DNA from: Patescibacteria group bacterium
GTDB lineage: Bacteria; Patescibacteriota; Minisyncoccia; Phycocordibacterales; Zambryskibacteraceae
Reading direction: 5' to 3'
NCBI GenBank assembly: GCA_004322205.1
Contig: SCSN01000002.1
Span: 1-53,074, forward strand
DNA length: 53,074 nucleotides
Both the position numbers and the translations under genes were made by a program. The notes beneath the pieces are model-generated. The model was not told where the DNA came from, did not search any database, and saw nothing but the letters and a program-made list of their open reading frames with translations. Each line of letters opens with the position of its first letter. Position 1 is the first letter of the stretch. This document shows, one piece after another, positions 8,532-16,825 of this stretch.

Positions 8532-10385
8532 ATGGACAATATACGTAATTTCTCCATCATTGCTCACATTGACCACGGGAAGAGTACTCTTGCTGACCGA
8601 ATGCTTGAGCTAACAGGCACTGTCGAGAAGCGAAAAATGCGCGAGCAGGTGCTTGACAGCATGGAACTCGAACGGGAGCGCGGCATCACCATTAAAATGC
8701 GACCGGTTCGGATGAATTACGAATATCGAATAACGAATAACGAAAAAGAAAATCAGTATTCATCATTCGCTATTCCTCATTCATCAAATTCAAAACAAAC
8801 CTTTGTTTTGAATTTGATTGATACCCCCGGACACATTGATTTTTATTACGAAGTTTCCCGGGCACTCAAGGCGGTTGAGGGTTCGCTTCTCCTTGTTGAT
8901 GCCACTCAAGGAGTGCAAGCGCAAACTGTCACCACCCTCTCGGCGGCTCGAGCCGCCGGCCTCGTCATCATTCCTGTCGTTACGAAAATTGACGCTGCCT
9001 TGGCGCGAATCAAAGAAACCGCCCGGGAAGTGGAAGAGCTTCTCGGCTGCGCCTCCGAAGACATTGTCTATGTATCCGGTAAAACTGGGGAGGGGGTGGC
9101 GGCGCTACTTTCCGAAATTGTGAGAAGGGTTCCTCCGCCGAAGAGCGAATTGCCCAAGGACGAAGTTTTCCGAAGTCTGGTGTTTGATTTTACATACTCG
9201 AATCATACCGGTGTGACGGTCTATGTTCGGGCGGTAAACGGCACCGTTTCGCGAGGCGAGAAACTTCGCTTTGCGGTAGCGGGCAGTGACTTTAAAGCTC
9301 TGGAAGTTGGAGTTTTTACTCCAGAGCAATCTCCCAAACCCTCGCTCCTCTGCGGAGAAATTGGTTATATTGTCACGGGTATCAAGGAGCCGGGCATTGC
9401 CTCGGTGGGTGACACAGTCGCAGCTTTTGCCGATCGACACCAAGCTCTTGCCGGCTACGAGGAGCCGCGGCCAGTTGTTTGGGCATCGCTCTACCCGGAG
9501 AATCAGGACGACTTCGGCTACCTCAAAACGGCCCTCTCTCGTTTGCGGCTTTCTGATTCTTCCCTTGTCTACGAGGAGGAGTCATCAGGGGCACTCGGCA
9601 GGGGATTTCGTTGCGGCTTTCTCGGTATGCTTCATTTAGAGATTGTGACCGAGCGGCTGCGCCGCGAATTTTCGCTTTCGCTCACGATTACCGCTCCGAG
9701 TATCACCTATGAAGTTCTCAAGAAAAAAGGAAAGCGCGAAGCTGTATATTCCGCCGCCTTCTTTCCCGACGATCACGAAATTTTCTCGGTTGATGAGCCG
9801 TGGGTGAAAATAACCGTTATCACTCCGCCTGCCTACCTTGCCGCCCTTGTCAAACTTCTTTTTACCAGAGGGGCGGAGGTGGGAGAAACTTCTCACTTCG
9901 GCGAAAGCCGCCTGGCTCTCGAGGCGGGGCTTCCGCTCTCGGAGCTCGTGCGCGGTCTCTTCGATAGCATCAAAAGTCTTTCGTCAGGTTTTGCTTCTCT
10001 CTCGTACGAAATGGCGGGTAAGCGTCCGGCTGATGTTCTGCGAATGGACATTCTGGTGGCTGGCGAGGTAGTTCCGGCCTTTTCGCGGGTGGTACCGCGC
10101 CGCTTTCTTGAGACAGAAGCGAAGGCGACTGTCGAGAAACTCTCTGAAATTCTTCCGCGCCAGCTCTTTGCTGCGAAGATTCAGGCGCAAGCGTCCGGCA
10201 GAATTATTGCCTCCCGCACTCTTCCTGCCTTGCGAAAAGATGTCACGGGGTATCTCTACGGCGGTGATGTAACGCGCAAGAAGAAGTTATGGGAGAAACA
10301 AAAGCGGGGCAAAAAGAGACTCAAGGAGATAGGAAAAGTCAATATTCCCCATGATGTGTTTTTGAAAATGATGAGATCCGAGTGA
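8532..10385 (+). CDS. lepA: elongation factor 4 (LepA)
   Basis: NFSIIAHIDHGKSTLADR (G1), DTPGHIDF (G3) and the LepA-specific C-terminal domain ending GKKRLKEIGKVNIPHDVFL. A ~18-aa low-complexity insertion sits in the G domain. Confidence 0.95.
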   Translation: MDNIRNFSIIAHIDHGKSTLADRMLELTGTVEKRKMREQVLDSMELERERGITIKMRPVRMNYEYRITNNEKENQYSSFAIPHSSNSKQTFVLNLIDTPGHIDFYYEVSRALKAVEGSLLLVDATQGVQAQTVTTLSAARAAGLVIIPVVTKIDAALARIKETAREVEELLGCASEDIVYVSGKTGEGVAALLSEIVRRVPPPKSELPKDEVFRSLVFDFTYSNHTGVTVYVRAVNGTVSRGEKLRFAVAGSDFKALEVGVFTPEQSPKPSLLCGEIGYIVTGIKEPGIASVGDTVAAFADRHQALAGYEEPRPVVWASLYPENQDDFGYLKTALSRLRLSDSSLVYEEESSGALGRGFRCGFLGMLHLEIVTERLRREFSLSLTITAPSITYEVLKKKGKREAVYSAAFFPDDHEIFSVDEPWVKITVITPPAYLAALVKLLFTRGAEVGETSHFGESRLALEAGLPLSELVRGLFDSIKSLSSGFASLSYEMAGKRPADVLRMDILVAGEVVPAFSRVVPRRFLETEAKATVEKLSEILPRQLFAAKIQAQASGRIIASRTLPALRKDVTGYLYGGDVTRKKKLWEKQKRGKKRLKEIGKVNIPHDVFLKMMRSE

Positions 10386-10440
10386 AGTTGAAACAAAAGC
10401 AGGATACCGCTATCATCTGTTGGAAACTCTCAATGTCCAA

Positions 10441-10474
10441 TTTCCTCGGGGCAAGCCCCGAGGAATCTTTATTG
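10441..10474 (+). terminator. rho-independent terminator after lepA
   Basis: ttcctcgggg-caag-ccccgaggaa is a perfect hairpin followed by tctttatt. Confidence 0.6.
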
Positions 10475-10612
10475 AAAAATAGGTGTGTAGAGCAAAACCA
10501 TGCTAATAATGATGAGAACAACAACGACAGCCCAGATGAGTTTTATTGTCTTGCGGTGTTTTTTCTGGAAGAGCATTGTTGAAAGTAGAATATAATTAAG
10601 CATACCGCAGAC

Positions 10613-11005
10613 ATGGAAGATTTTCAACGCCGCAAACGTATTCGCCGCCGACTCTATTCGCCACTCTCGCTTTTGGTGGTGGCGGTGCTGGCTGCTCTCT
10701 TCCTCCGGGGCGCCTGGCAGATTTGGCAGAAGGAAAGGGAGAGCGGGAGGAACATCAATCAAGTCAGCCGAGCGCTTGAAGAAGCCCGGCGCAAAGAGAG
10801 ACAGCTCTCGGCTGGTATTGAGCGACTCCAGACCGAGCGAGGGAAAGAAGAAGAAATCAGGGAGAAGTTCAGCGTGGCCAGAACGGGCGAGGAAGTGGCT
10901 GTGATTGTCGAGCGCGGCGGTGCAGGTAAACAAGAGCAAGGTGGAGCGCAGAGCATCTGGCAGAAAATTAAGAATTGGATCTCCGATTTGTTTAGTACGG
11001 AATAG
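10613..11005 (+). CDS. FtsB/DivIC-like septum formation initiator (coiled-coil, single TM)
   Basis: An N-terminal TM helix, a coiled-coil and the C-terminal motif EEEIREKFSVARTGEEVAVIVE resemble the Septum_form family (FtsB ...ARe.lg..kpgE.v). Confidence 0.5.
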   Translation: MEDFQRRKRIRRRLYSPLSLLVVAVLAALFLRGAWQIWQKERESGRNINQVSRALEEARRKERQLSAGIERLQTERGKEEEIREKFSVARTGEEVAVIVERGGAGKQEQGGAQSIWQKIKNWISDLFSTE

Positions 11006-11146
11006 TCAGCGTCAAATGTCCGCGGGTATAGTTTAGTGGCAGAATACTATTTTCCTCCCGAAAACAAGAAGCGAAGCGACTATGTTTTCGGAATCCCGTT
11101 AATTAAGAGCGCGACTTGATTTGGCAGCGTTACACTAATATAACTG

Positions 11147-11216
11147 CGAGTGTAGTATAGTGGCAGTACGTCTGCTTCCCAAGCAGATGGCGCGGGTCCG
11201 ATTCCCGCCACTCGCA
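11147..11216 (+). tRNA. tRNA-Gly (anticodon CCC)
   Basis: Cloverleaf: acceptor gcgagtg/cactcgc, anticodon stem tctgc/gcaga with loop ttCCCaa, and T arm gcggg-tccgatt-cccgc. No encoded CCA. Confidence 0.8.
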
Positions 11217-11303
11217 TAACATTCAATACAAAATCCCTTCGGTCAATGCCGGTGGTGCGGCGGCTATGTTATACTTGAACTCTTACCACTAAGAAGAAGC
11301 CTC

Positions 11304-11543
11304 ATGAAGAAAGTTGTCATATACTCAACACCAACCTGTGTTTATTGCAATGCCACTAAAGAATTTTTCCGCGAACATAATGTCCAATTCGAAGATTACA
11401 ATGTTGCCACCGATCTCGCCAAGCGCCAGGAAATGATTAAGCGCAGCAGCCAGATGGGAGTGCCGGTGATTTTTATAGATAGTGAGATGGTTGTTGGGTT
11501 TGACAAGGAACGGCTGGCTGAACTGCTTGGTATAAAAATCTAA
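11304..11543 (+). CDS. glutaredoxin-like protein (NrdH/Grx family)
   Basis: 79 aa with the CxxC motif YSTPTCVYCNATKEFF and a thioredoxin-fold C-terminus (GVPVIFID). It is followed by a terminator. Confidence 0.8.
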   Translation: MKKVVIYSTPTCVYCNATKEFFREHNVQFEDYNVATDLAKRQEMIKRSSQMGVPVIFIDSEMVVGFDKERLAELLGIKI

Positions 11544-11552
11544 TATGTTTAG

Positions 11553-11595
11553 AAACCAGCCCCCACATAGCCTTGTGGGGGCTGGTTTGTTTTGT
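11553..11595 (+). terminator. rho-independent terminator
   Basis: aaccagcccccaca-tagcct-tgtgggggctggtt followed by gttttgt. Confidence 0.7.
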
Positions 11596-11624
11596 CCCCA
11601 TGATATATTGTTTATTGCTTCTAA

Positions 11625-11699
11625 GCCGCCGTAGTTCAACGGATAGAACGAGGGACTCCTAAGCCTTAAATGGAGGTTCAATTCCCCCCGGTGGCACCA
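11625..11699 (+). tRNA. tRNA-Arg (anticodon CCT)
   Basis: Acceptor gccgccg/cggtggc, D arm gttc-aacggat-gaac, anticodon loop ctCCTaa, T loop ttcaatt and an encoded CCA. There is one mismatch in the anticodon stem and one in the T stem. Confidence 0.7.
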
Positions 11700-11730
11700 G
11701 AATCTGATTTTCGGGAGAGAACAGAAATGT

Positions 11731-11804
11731 GTCCCCGTAGCTCAATTGGATAGAGCGTCTCCCTCCGGAGGAGAAGATTGCGCGTTCGAGTCGCGCTGGG
11801 GGCA
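11731..11804 (+). tRNA. tRNA-Arg (anticodon CCG)
   Basis: Acceptor gtccccg/tgggggc (G-U closing pairs), D arm gctc-aattggat-gagc, anticodon stem tctcc/ggaga with loop ctCCGga, and T arm gcgcg-ttcgagt-cgcgc. Confidence 0.8.
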
Positions 11805-11853
11805 TAGTGAAATTCTTGTTTCGAAAATATTTTTTGTTATACTGAATTGGTTC

Positions 11854-12099
11854 ATGGATTCAGAAGACAAAAGAATATTAGGAAGAACCCTCGAGCTTGC
11901 GGAGGAGAACAATAAAATGCTCAAGAAGCTTATCCGCGGAGCGCGGTGGGCGCGGATCGTGCGGTTTATCTATATTCTTATCATCGTAGGGTCCGCCGTG
12001 GGTATTTTCTACTATATCCAGCCGTATTTGAACCAGCTGGTCGAAACGTACGGCAGTTTTAAAGAAGGCATTAACAGTCTTGGCGGCGTTCTGCGATGA
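11854..12099 (+). CDS. small membrane protein (hypothetical)
   Basis: ORF from ATG 11854 (MDSEDKRILG...) with one TM helix (IVRFIYILIIVGSAVGIFYYI). The longer ORF in the table (from 11746) runs into tRNA-Arg and is unlikely. Confidence 0.4.
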   Translation: MDSEDKRILGRTLELAEENNKMLKKLIRGARWARIVRFIYILIIVGSAVGIFYYIQPYLNQLVETYGSFKEGINSLGGVLR

Positions 12100-12109
12100 A
12101 ACCAGAAAT

Positions 12110-12184
12110 GCCGGAGTAGCTCAGTGGTAGAGCTCTCGCCTGAAGAGCGAGGAGTCGTCAGTTCGATTCTGACCTCCGGCACCA
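12110..12184 (+). tRNA. tRNA-Phe (anticodon GAA)
   Basis: gccggag-ta-gctc-agtggta-gagc, anticodon stem ctcgc/gcgag with loop ctGAAga, T arm gtcag-ttcgatt-ctgac, acceptor ctccggc-a, and an encoded CCA. Confidence 0.9.
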
Positions 12185-12186
12185 GA

Positions 12187-12300
12187 CAGGAAAAGTCAAA
12201 GAGTTTTGGTTCGCCTCGCCCGCCCCGCCTGCTGGCGGGGCAAGCTCGGCGACTAATTCGTATTCAATTTTGGGTGCAAAAACGAATTAGCGGTTTCGTT
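12187..12300 (+). repeat. tRNA-downstream conserved element, copy 1 (GGAAAAGTCAA.G ... CCCCGCC-loop-GGCGGGG ... CTCGGCGACTAAT)
   Basis: It shares an ordered set of motifs with the segment following tRNA-Val (23098-23180). Partial copies occur at 13028-13053, 23307-23332 and 53040-53074. Confidence 0.5.
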
Positions 12301-12447
12301 TGGGAAAAGAAAATTTTTTCATAAGAATTTTTCTAAAAACATAAACTAGAAATGGTTTTCGTTTTCGCTTGTAATTTTTTCGTTTTCTTGATACATTACT
12401 TGTGGGGTTTCCCAGCAACTTTCCAACCGAAAAGGAGGTGAGCGGAA

Positions 12448-12849
12448 ATGCGAATCGGTATCAAGCTCCTTGTGGAGCCAGGAACGCGAGTACCGAAATG
12501 GGTCAGGAATCAGACGCTGAACGTCGAGGTTGGTCGTGAGAGTCTCAACGGAAGGATAGTCCGCTCCCTCAAGATTCGTAAGGGAGAGACATCGTTCTTT
12601 CCGGGTGGTGGCGTTGTGGTAAAGATGCCGGGGTCAGATGAATTTTGGGTAGCCTTCCAGCCGATGAAGGTTCTCGAGATTCGCGACCTCAAAGGCAACC
12701 TCATCAAGCGCAACCACTATCTCTGCACAGAGTGTGCTACCCTAACCGGCAAGGTGGAAAACCACAAGCCGAGCGATGTGGCAGGTCTCGTGGATGCGGA
12801 CTTCAAATGCACCCAGTGCAGACATCAGTGGGAACTGAAGAGGATATGA
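12448..12849 (+). CDS. hypothetical protein with C-terminal zinc-ribbon (CxxC...CxxC)
   Basis: Strong RBS (aaaggaggtgagcggaaATG). It has a CTEC...CTQC cysteine pair and no recognisable family. Confidence 0.5.
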   Translation: MRIGIKLLVEPGTRVPKWVRNQTLNVEVGRESLNGRIVRSLKIRKGETSFFPGGGVVVKMPGSDEFWVAFQPMKVLEIRDLKGNLIKRNHYLCTECATLTGKVENHKPSDVAGLVDADFKCTQCRHQWELKRI

Positions 12850-13062
12850 GTACTCTCTACGTTCCCGACACATGGGCCGCGCGCAGACCTCTTGCGCCGG
12901 CCCTATTTCTTTTTTAAATTTGAAAGAACAAAGAATTTACCGCCAAAGAAAAACTTGCTCGTCCGCCATAGCCTGAAAGGCAACGGCGGAAAATTGTCCC
13001 CAGTAGTAAAGCAAAGCTTACTACTGAGGTTCGGACTAATTCAAGAATACTGCACACAAATC

Positions 13063-13111
13063 AAAAACACCCCGTGAGATAGGCGAAGGCGCCATCTCAC
13101 GGGGTGTTTTT
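13063..13111. terminator. bidirectional terminator between convergent genes
   Basis: aaaaacaccccgtgagat-aggcgaaggcgcc-atctcacggggtgttttt has a 16-bp stem with T/A tracts on both sides. Confidence 0.75.
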
Positions 13112-13113
13112 GA

Positions 13114-13569
13114 TTAAGCTCCTTTGACCTTGAGTCTGGCTTCCTTATTCTTGTCGAGTTTGGGGAGTTTCAAAATGAGCAAACCATACTTCTCGACTGC
13201 TTCGGCTTCTTCGATGTCAACTTCCTTGGGAAGAACAATCGTGCGGGAGAATGAGCCCCAATAGAGTTCGCGGTGATAGTAGTCTTCGCCGGAGACCGTT
13301 CTATCCTCTTCACGCTTGCCGCGAATGGTTACCATCTCGCGGGTGATGGCGACGTCGAGATCTTCCGGTTTGACTCCGGCAACCATCGTTTTGATGATGA
13401 TGTCGTTCGGGGTCTCGTAGACGTCAATTGTCAGCTGCGCTTCCTCCGGGCTCTCTTCCATGAGGTTCCCGCGCGTAGGGGTAGCTGGTGCTTCTTGCGC
13501 CCCCTCATCTTCTTCCATTCGTACCGCCCCCGTTAATCGCTCAAAGAATGATGGTTTACTTCGGAACAT
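13114..13569 (-). CDS. Hsp20/alpha-crystallin family small heat-shock protein
   Basis: The alpha-crystallin domain: IDVYETPNDIIIKTMVAGVKPEDLDVAITREMVTIRGKR...YHRELYWGSFSRTIVLPKEVD...EKYGLLILKLPK. Confidence 0.85.
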   Translation of the reverse strand: MFRSKPSFFERLTGAVRMEEDEGAQEAPATPTRGNLMEESPEEAQLTIDVYETPNDIIIKTMVAGVKPEDLDVAITREMVTIRGKREEDRTVSGEDYYHRELYWGSFSRTIVLPKEVDIEEAEAVEKYGLLILKLPKLDKNKEARLKVKGA

Positions 13570-13573
13570 AGTT

Positions 13574-14278
13574 TCAGATTTTATTTACCGGGTGAATAGT
13601 TTTTACTTTTTCGAAGAGAAGCATCAGGGTGACGATTGCGATCCAGACGAATCCAAAGGCGGCAAGGGTGGTGGAGTTCGTCTCTTTAATTATAGATAAA
13701 TTGAAAGCTGCGTGCAATATGATAGCGAGGATAAGTCCCACCACCACCGCTAGCCTCTTGGTCGAGGGGCTTTTGTAAAACGAAAGAGCCATGGCGATGC
13801 CTACGGTGGCGGAGGAAATGGTGTGAAGGAGACTCGCTCCGATGAATCGTAGATTGCCTGTGATGAGACCTTCGGTGATGTTGCCGAGGATGATTGGCTT
13901 TAGAATAAAAAGAGTGTTTTCGACCGCCACAAAGCCAAGTGCTGTTGTCATCATATAGATGAGTGCGTCAATCGGCTCGTTCATTTCTTTGCGATGCAGG
14001 GCGGTGACTGAAGCAGACCCGTACTTGAAAAGCTCCTCAAGCGCCGCCCAGAGGAGAAAGGTCCAGAAGATATTATTGGCGACGAGGTCTTGGGAGATTT
14101 TCTGGAAAGGGATGACGAGCGGCACGGCAATCATTCCGCCGACAAAAGCTAGAGCTATGAGCCCTCGCGGTTCCGGCCGTTTTTTGTCTTCTCGTAGCCA
14201 GAAGAGAAGCCAGACAATCGCCGGGATGATGCCACCGGCCAGGGAGTAAAAAATTGCTTCAGGAGTGGGCAGAGTCAT
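13574..14278 (-). CDS. PrsW-family intramembrane protease-like membrane protein
   Basis: Six to seven TM helices with an EELFK (EExxK) motif and an HAAFN (HxxxN) motif in TM segments, as in PrsW. The start overlaps the valS stop (ATGA). Confidence 0.5.
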   Translation of the reverse strand: MTLPTPEAIFYSLAGGIIPAIVWLLFWLREDKKRPEPRGLIALAFVGGMIAVPLVIPFQKISQDLVANNIFWTFLLWAALEELFKYGSASVTALHRKEMNEPIDALIYMMTTALGFVAVENTLFILKPIILGNITEGLITGNLRFIGASLLHTISSATVGIAMALSFYKSPSTKRLAVVVGLILAIILHAAFNLSIIKETNSTTLAAFGFVWIAIVTLMLLFEKVKTIHPVNKI

Positions 14279-16506
14279 GATGAGAGAGTGGGCCAGGGTT
14301 CAACCATAAGCAAAGTTTGTCTGCCTTTCGGAAGGTATGACCAGAGCTCTTCGGTAATGAATGGCATGAAGGGGTGAAGCAACTTTAGACAGCTGGAGAG
14401 AATTTCAAGAAGCGACGCCTCGGCGGCAAAGCGCTCCTCCGGAGAGCCGCCTTTGAGATGTGGCTTGCTCTCTTCAATAATTTTATCAGCAAAGGTGTGC
14501 CAGAAGTAGTGATAAAGTTTTTCGGCTGCCAGATGGAAACGGAAGCTCTCCAGATCATTCGTCAATTCAGCTACCAGAAGATCAAGTTCTGCGATATGGT
14601 TTTTGAGAGCGGCAATGCGAGGGTTTGAGGAGGACAGTTCACGAACTTGAGGTAGTGATTGGAGTGAGGTGCTGTTAATACTCTCCAGAACAAAACGGGT
14701 AGCGTTCCAGATTTTGTTGGCAAAATGTTTGTAGGCCTTTATTTTTTCCTCGGAGATTTTGCTGTCGTTTCCCGCCCCCGCGCCGACAATGAGTGCCATT
14801 CGCAGGGCATCGGCGCCGTATTTGGTAATCATGGCGAGGGGGTCGCCGGCGTTGCCGAGCGACTTTGAGAGTTTCTGACCGCGTTCGTCTCGCACCAAGC
14901 CGTGCAGATAAACTTTTCGAAATGGGATGTCGCCGAGGAGAAATCCGGACATGAGAATCATCCGCGCCACCCAGAAGAAGAGAATGTCGTAACCGGTTTC
15001 AAGAACGCTTGTTGGATGGAAGAGACGCAAATCATCTGTCTCTTCCGGCCAGCCGAGGGTGGAAAATGTCCAGAGACCGGCGGAAAACCAGGTGTCGAGA
15101 GTGTCTTCGTCTTGAGTCCAGCCCGCCCCAGCGGGAGGTGTTACGCCAACGTAAATTTCTTCGCCAGCCCGAGGCTGGTCGGCCTTGGGCCGATACCAGA
15201 CTGGAATTCGATGCCCGTACCAGATTTGTCGGCTGATACACCAGTCACGAAGGTTGTCGATCCAGTGGAAGTAAATCTTTACAAAACGGTCGGGGATCAT
15301 TTGAATTTGTCCACTCTCAACTGTTTTTCTCATGATTTCCTTGAGTGTTGTATCTGATCCGGAGGGAATGCCGTCAATTTTTGAATTTTCGATCCGGAAT
15401 TTTGAGTTGACGCTCACAAACCACTGCCGCAGTATCTGCGGCTCGACTGTCTTACCACTGCGCTCACTCACTGCCACATTGTGCGTGTAGTGTTCGTCAA
15501 CTCGCTCGACGAGTCCTTTAGCTTTCAGTTTCTCGATGATAAGTGGCCTTGCTTTTTTGATATGCATGCCCGCGAACTCTCCGGCAACCCCGGTCAACTT
15601 TCCGGTAAGATCGATAATCTGTTCTTTTTCAAGGTTGTGCCGCTCGGCAATTTCGAAGTCAGTTCTGTCATGCCAAGGAGTGATGGTCATCGCTCCGGTT
15701 CCAAATTCTATGTCTATTGAGCTGTCCTTGATGACGGTCGCCGTGACCGGTCCGTTAATCCATTCGAGTGAAATTTTCTGGCCATGGGAAAACCGCGCGT
15801 AACGCTTGTCATCGGGGTGCATAACAACGTATTTGTCTCCGAATTTTGTTTCGGGTCTGGCAGTACCGATGGTAAATGGTCCGTATTTGAGATAGTAGAA
15901 CGGTGTTTTTTCCTCCTTGTAAACAAGCTCGTCGTCAGAGAGAGTTGTCTGAAGCTTGGGATCCCAATTAACAATCCGAAGCCCCCGGTAAATCAGTCCG
16001 GCTTCAAACATTCGCTTGAAGGCTTCTTTCACTGCAATAGAGCGTCTCTCGTCTAAAGTAAATGCCTCTCGCGTCCAGTCCAGTGAACAGCCAATTTTCT
16101 TGATTTGGTTGACGATAATGTCGTGGTTTTGCTGGGAGAAATCGTCAACGCTCTTAAGGAACACATCCCGCCCTATATCCTTCTTGGTTTTTTGCTCTTT
16201 CTCATATAAAAGCCGCTCCACCCTTGCTTGAGTAGCGATCGCCGCGTGATCGGTTCCGGGCAGCCAGAGGGTAGTGAATCCCCGCATTCTATGAAAGCGA
16301 ACCATAATGTCCTCAATAGTCAACCCAAAAGCATGCCCCATGTGAAGCTCGCCGGTAACATTGGGCGGCGGCAGAGCAATGGAAAAAACCTCCTTTTCCG
16401 CGGCTTTATCTGTATCGTGAGTGAAATAACCGCTGCTCTCCCAGGTCTTGTAAATTCGATCTTCGGTTTCCTTCCAGTCGTAGGGCCGGAGTAGTTTATC
16501 GTTCAT
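14275..16506 (-). CDS. valS: valine--tRNA ligase (compact, lacks long C-terminal coiled coil)
   Basis: PPPNVTGELHMGHAF (HIGH region; the PPPNVTG box is ValRS-specific), a KLSKSLGN KMSKS motif and WCISRQ. At 743 aa it is shorter than E. coli ValS. Confidence 0.85.
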   Translation of the reverse strand: MNDKLLRPYDWKETEDRIYKTWESSGYFTHDTDKAAEKEVFSIALPPPNVTGELHMGHAFGLTIEDIMVRFHRMRGFTTLWLPGTDHAAIATQARVERLLYEKEQKTKKDIGRDVFLKSVDDFSQQNHDIIVNQIKKIGCSLDWTREAFTLDERRSIAVKEAFKRMFEAGLIYRGLRIVNWDPKLQTTLSDDELVYKEEKTPFYYLKYGPFTIGTARPETKFGDKYVVMHPDDKRYARFSHGQKISLEWINGPVTATVIKDSSIDIEFGTGAMTITPWHDRTDFEIAERHNLEKEQIIDLTGKLTGVAGEFAGMHIKKARPLIIEKLKAKGLVERVDEHYTHNVAVSERSGKTVEPQILRQWFVSVNSKFRIENSKIDGIPSGSDTTLKEIMRKTVESGQIQMIPDRFVKIYFHWIDNLRDWCISRQIWYGHRIPVWYRPKADQPRAGEEIYVGVTPPAGAGWTQDEDTLDTWFSAGLWTFSTLGWPEETDDLRLFHPTSVLETGYDILFFWVARMILMSGFLLGDIPFRKVYLHGLVRDERGQKLSKSLGNAGDPLAMITKYGADALRMALIVGAGAGNDSKISEEKIKAYKHFANKIWNATRFVLESINSTSLQSLPQVRELSSSNPRIAALKNHIAELDLLVAELTNDLESFRFHLAAEKLYHYFWHTFADKIIEESKPHLKGGSPEERFAAEASLLEILSSCLKLLHPFMPFITEELWSYLPKGRQTLLMVEPWPTLSS

Positions 16507-16825
16507 TGAATTTACATCATAACAGAATTAACCTTTATTTACCTCATTTTTGTGAGAAATGCTCATTATATTTTGAATAAAGGAAAAAGTGTAATGTAGA
16601 GGACATTTATAAAGTACATTTTTATTAAGTATGATTTTACAAATGTCAAGCGATAATTGCTTTAATCTACGGGACTTTTTTAGACAAGCTTAGGAATTAT
16701 TTATTTTTTGTTTATAAAGGACATTTCTTGAAATACGTTCAAAATACTTGTGTTTTTAAATATCAGCTTGAATACACGAAACTTGACACTGGCGCTGAAA
16801 TGGGTAGGTTTTGAAACACTTCTTA

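Noticed and set aside
11022-11100. Complete tRNA gene upstream of tRNA-Gly
   Set aside because: Only the 5' acceptor/D-arm half is tRNA-like. No T arm or complementary 3' acceptor strand could be found, so it is kept as a fragment.
12124-12324. 66-aa ORF overlapping tRNA-Phe and the downstream repeat
   Set aside because: It starts inside a tRNA gene, reads through a GC hairpin repeat and has low-complexity Arg/Ser content.
16507-16810. Specific -35/-10 promoter call in the valS/surface-protein divergent AT-rich region
   Set aside because: A TTGACA hexamer is present at ~16781, but the downstream -10 candidate (TAGGTT) is weak and the spacing is ambiguous. It was not annotated as a feature.
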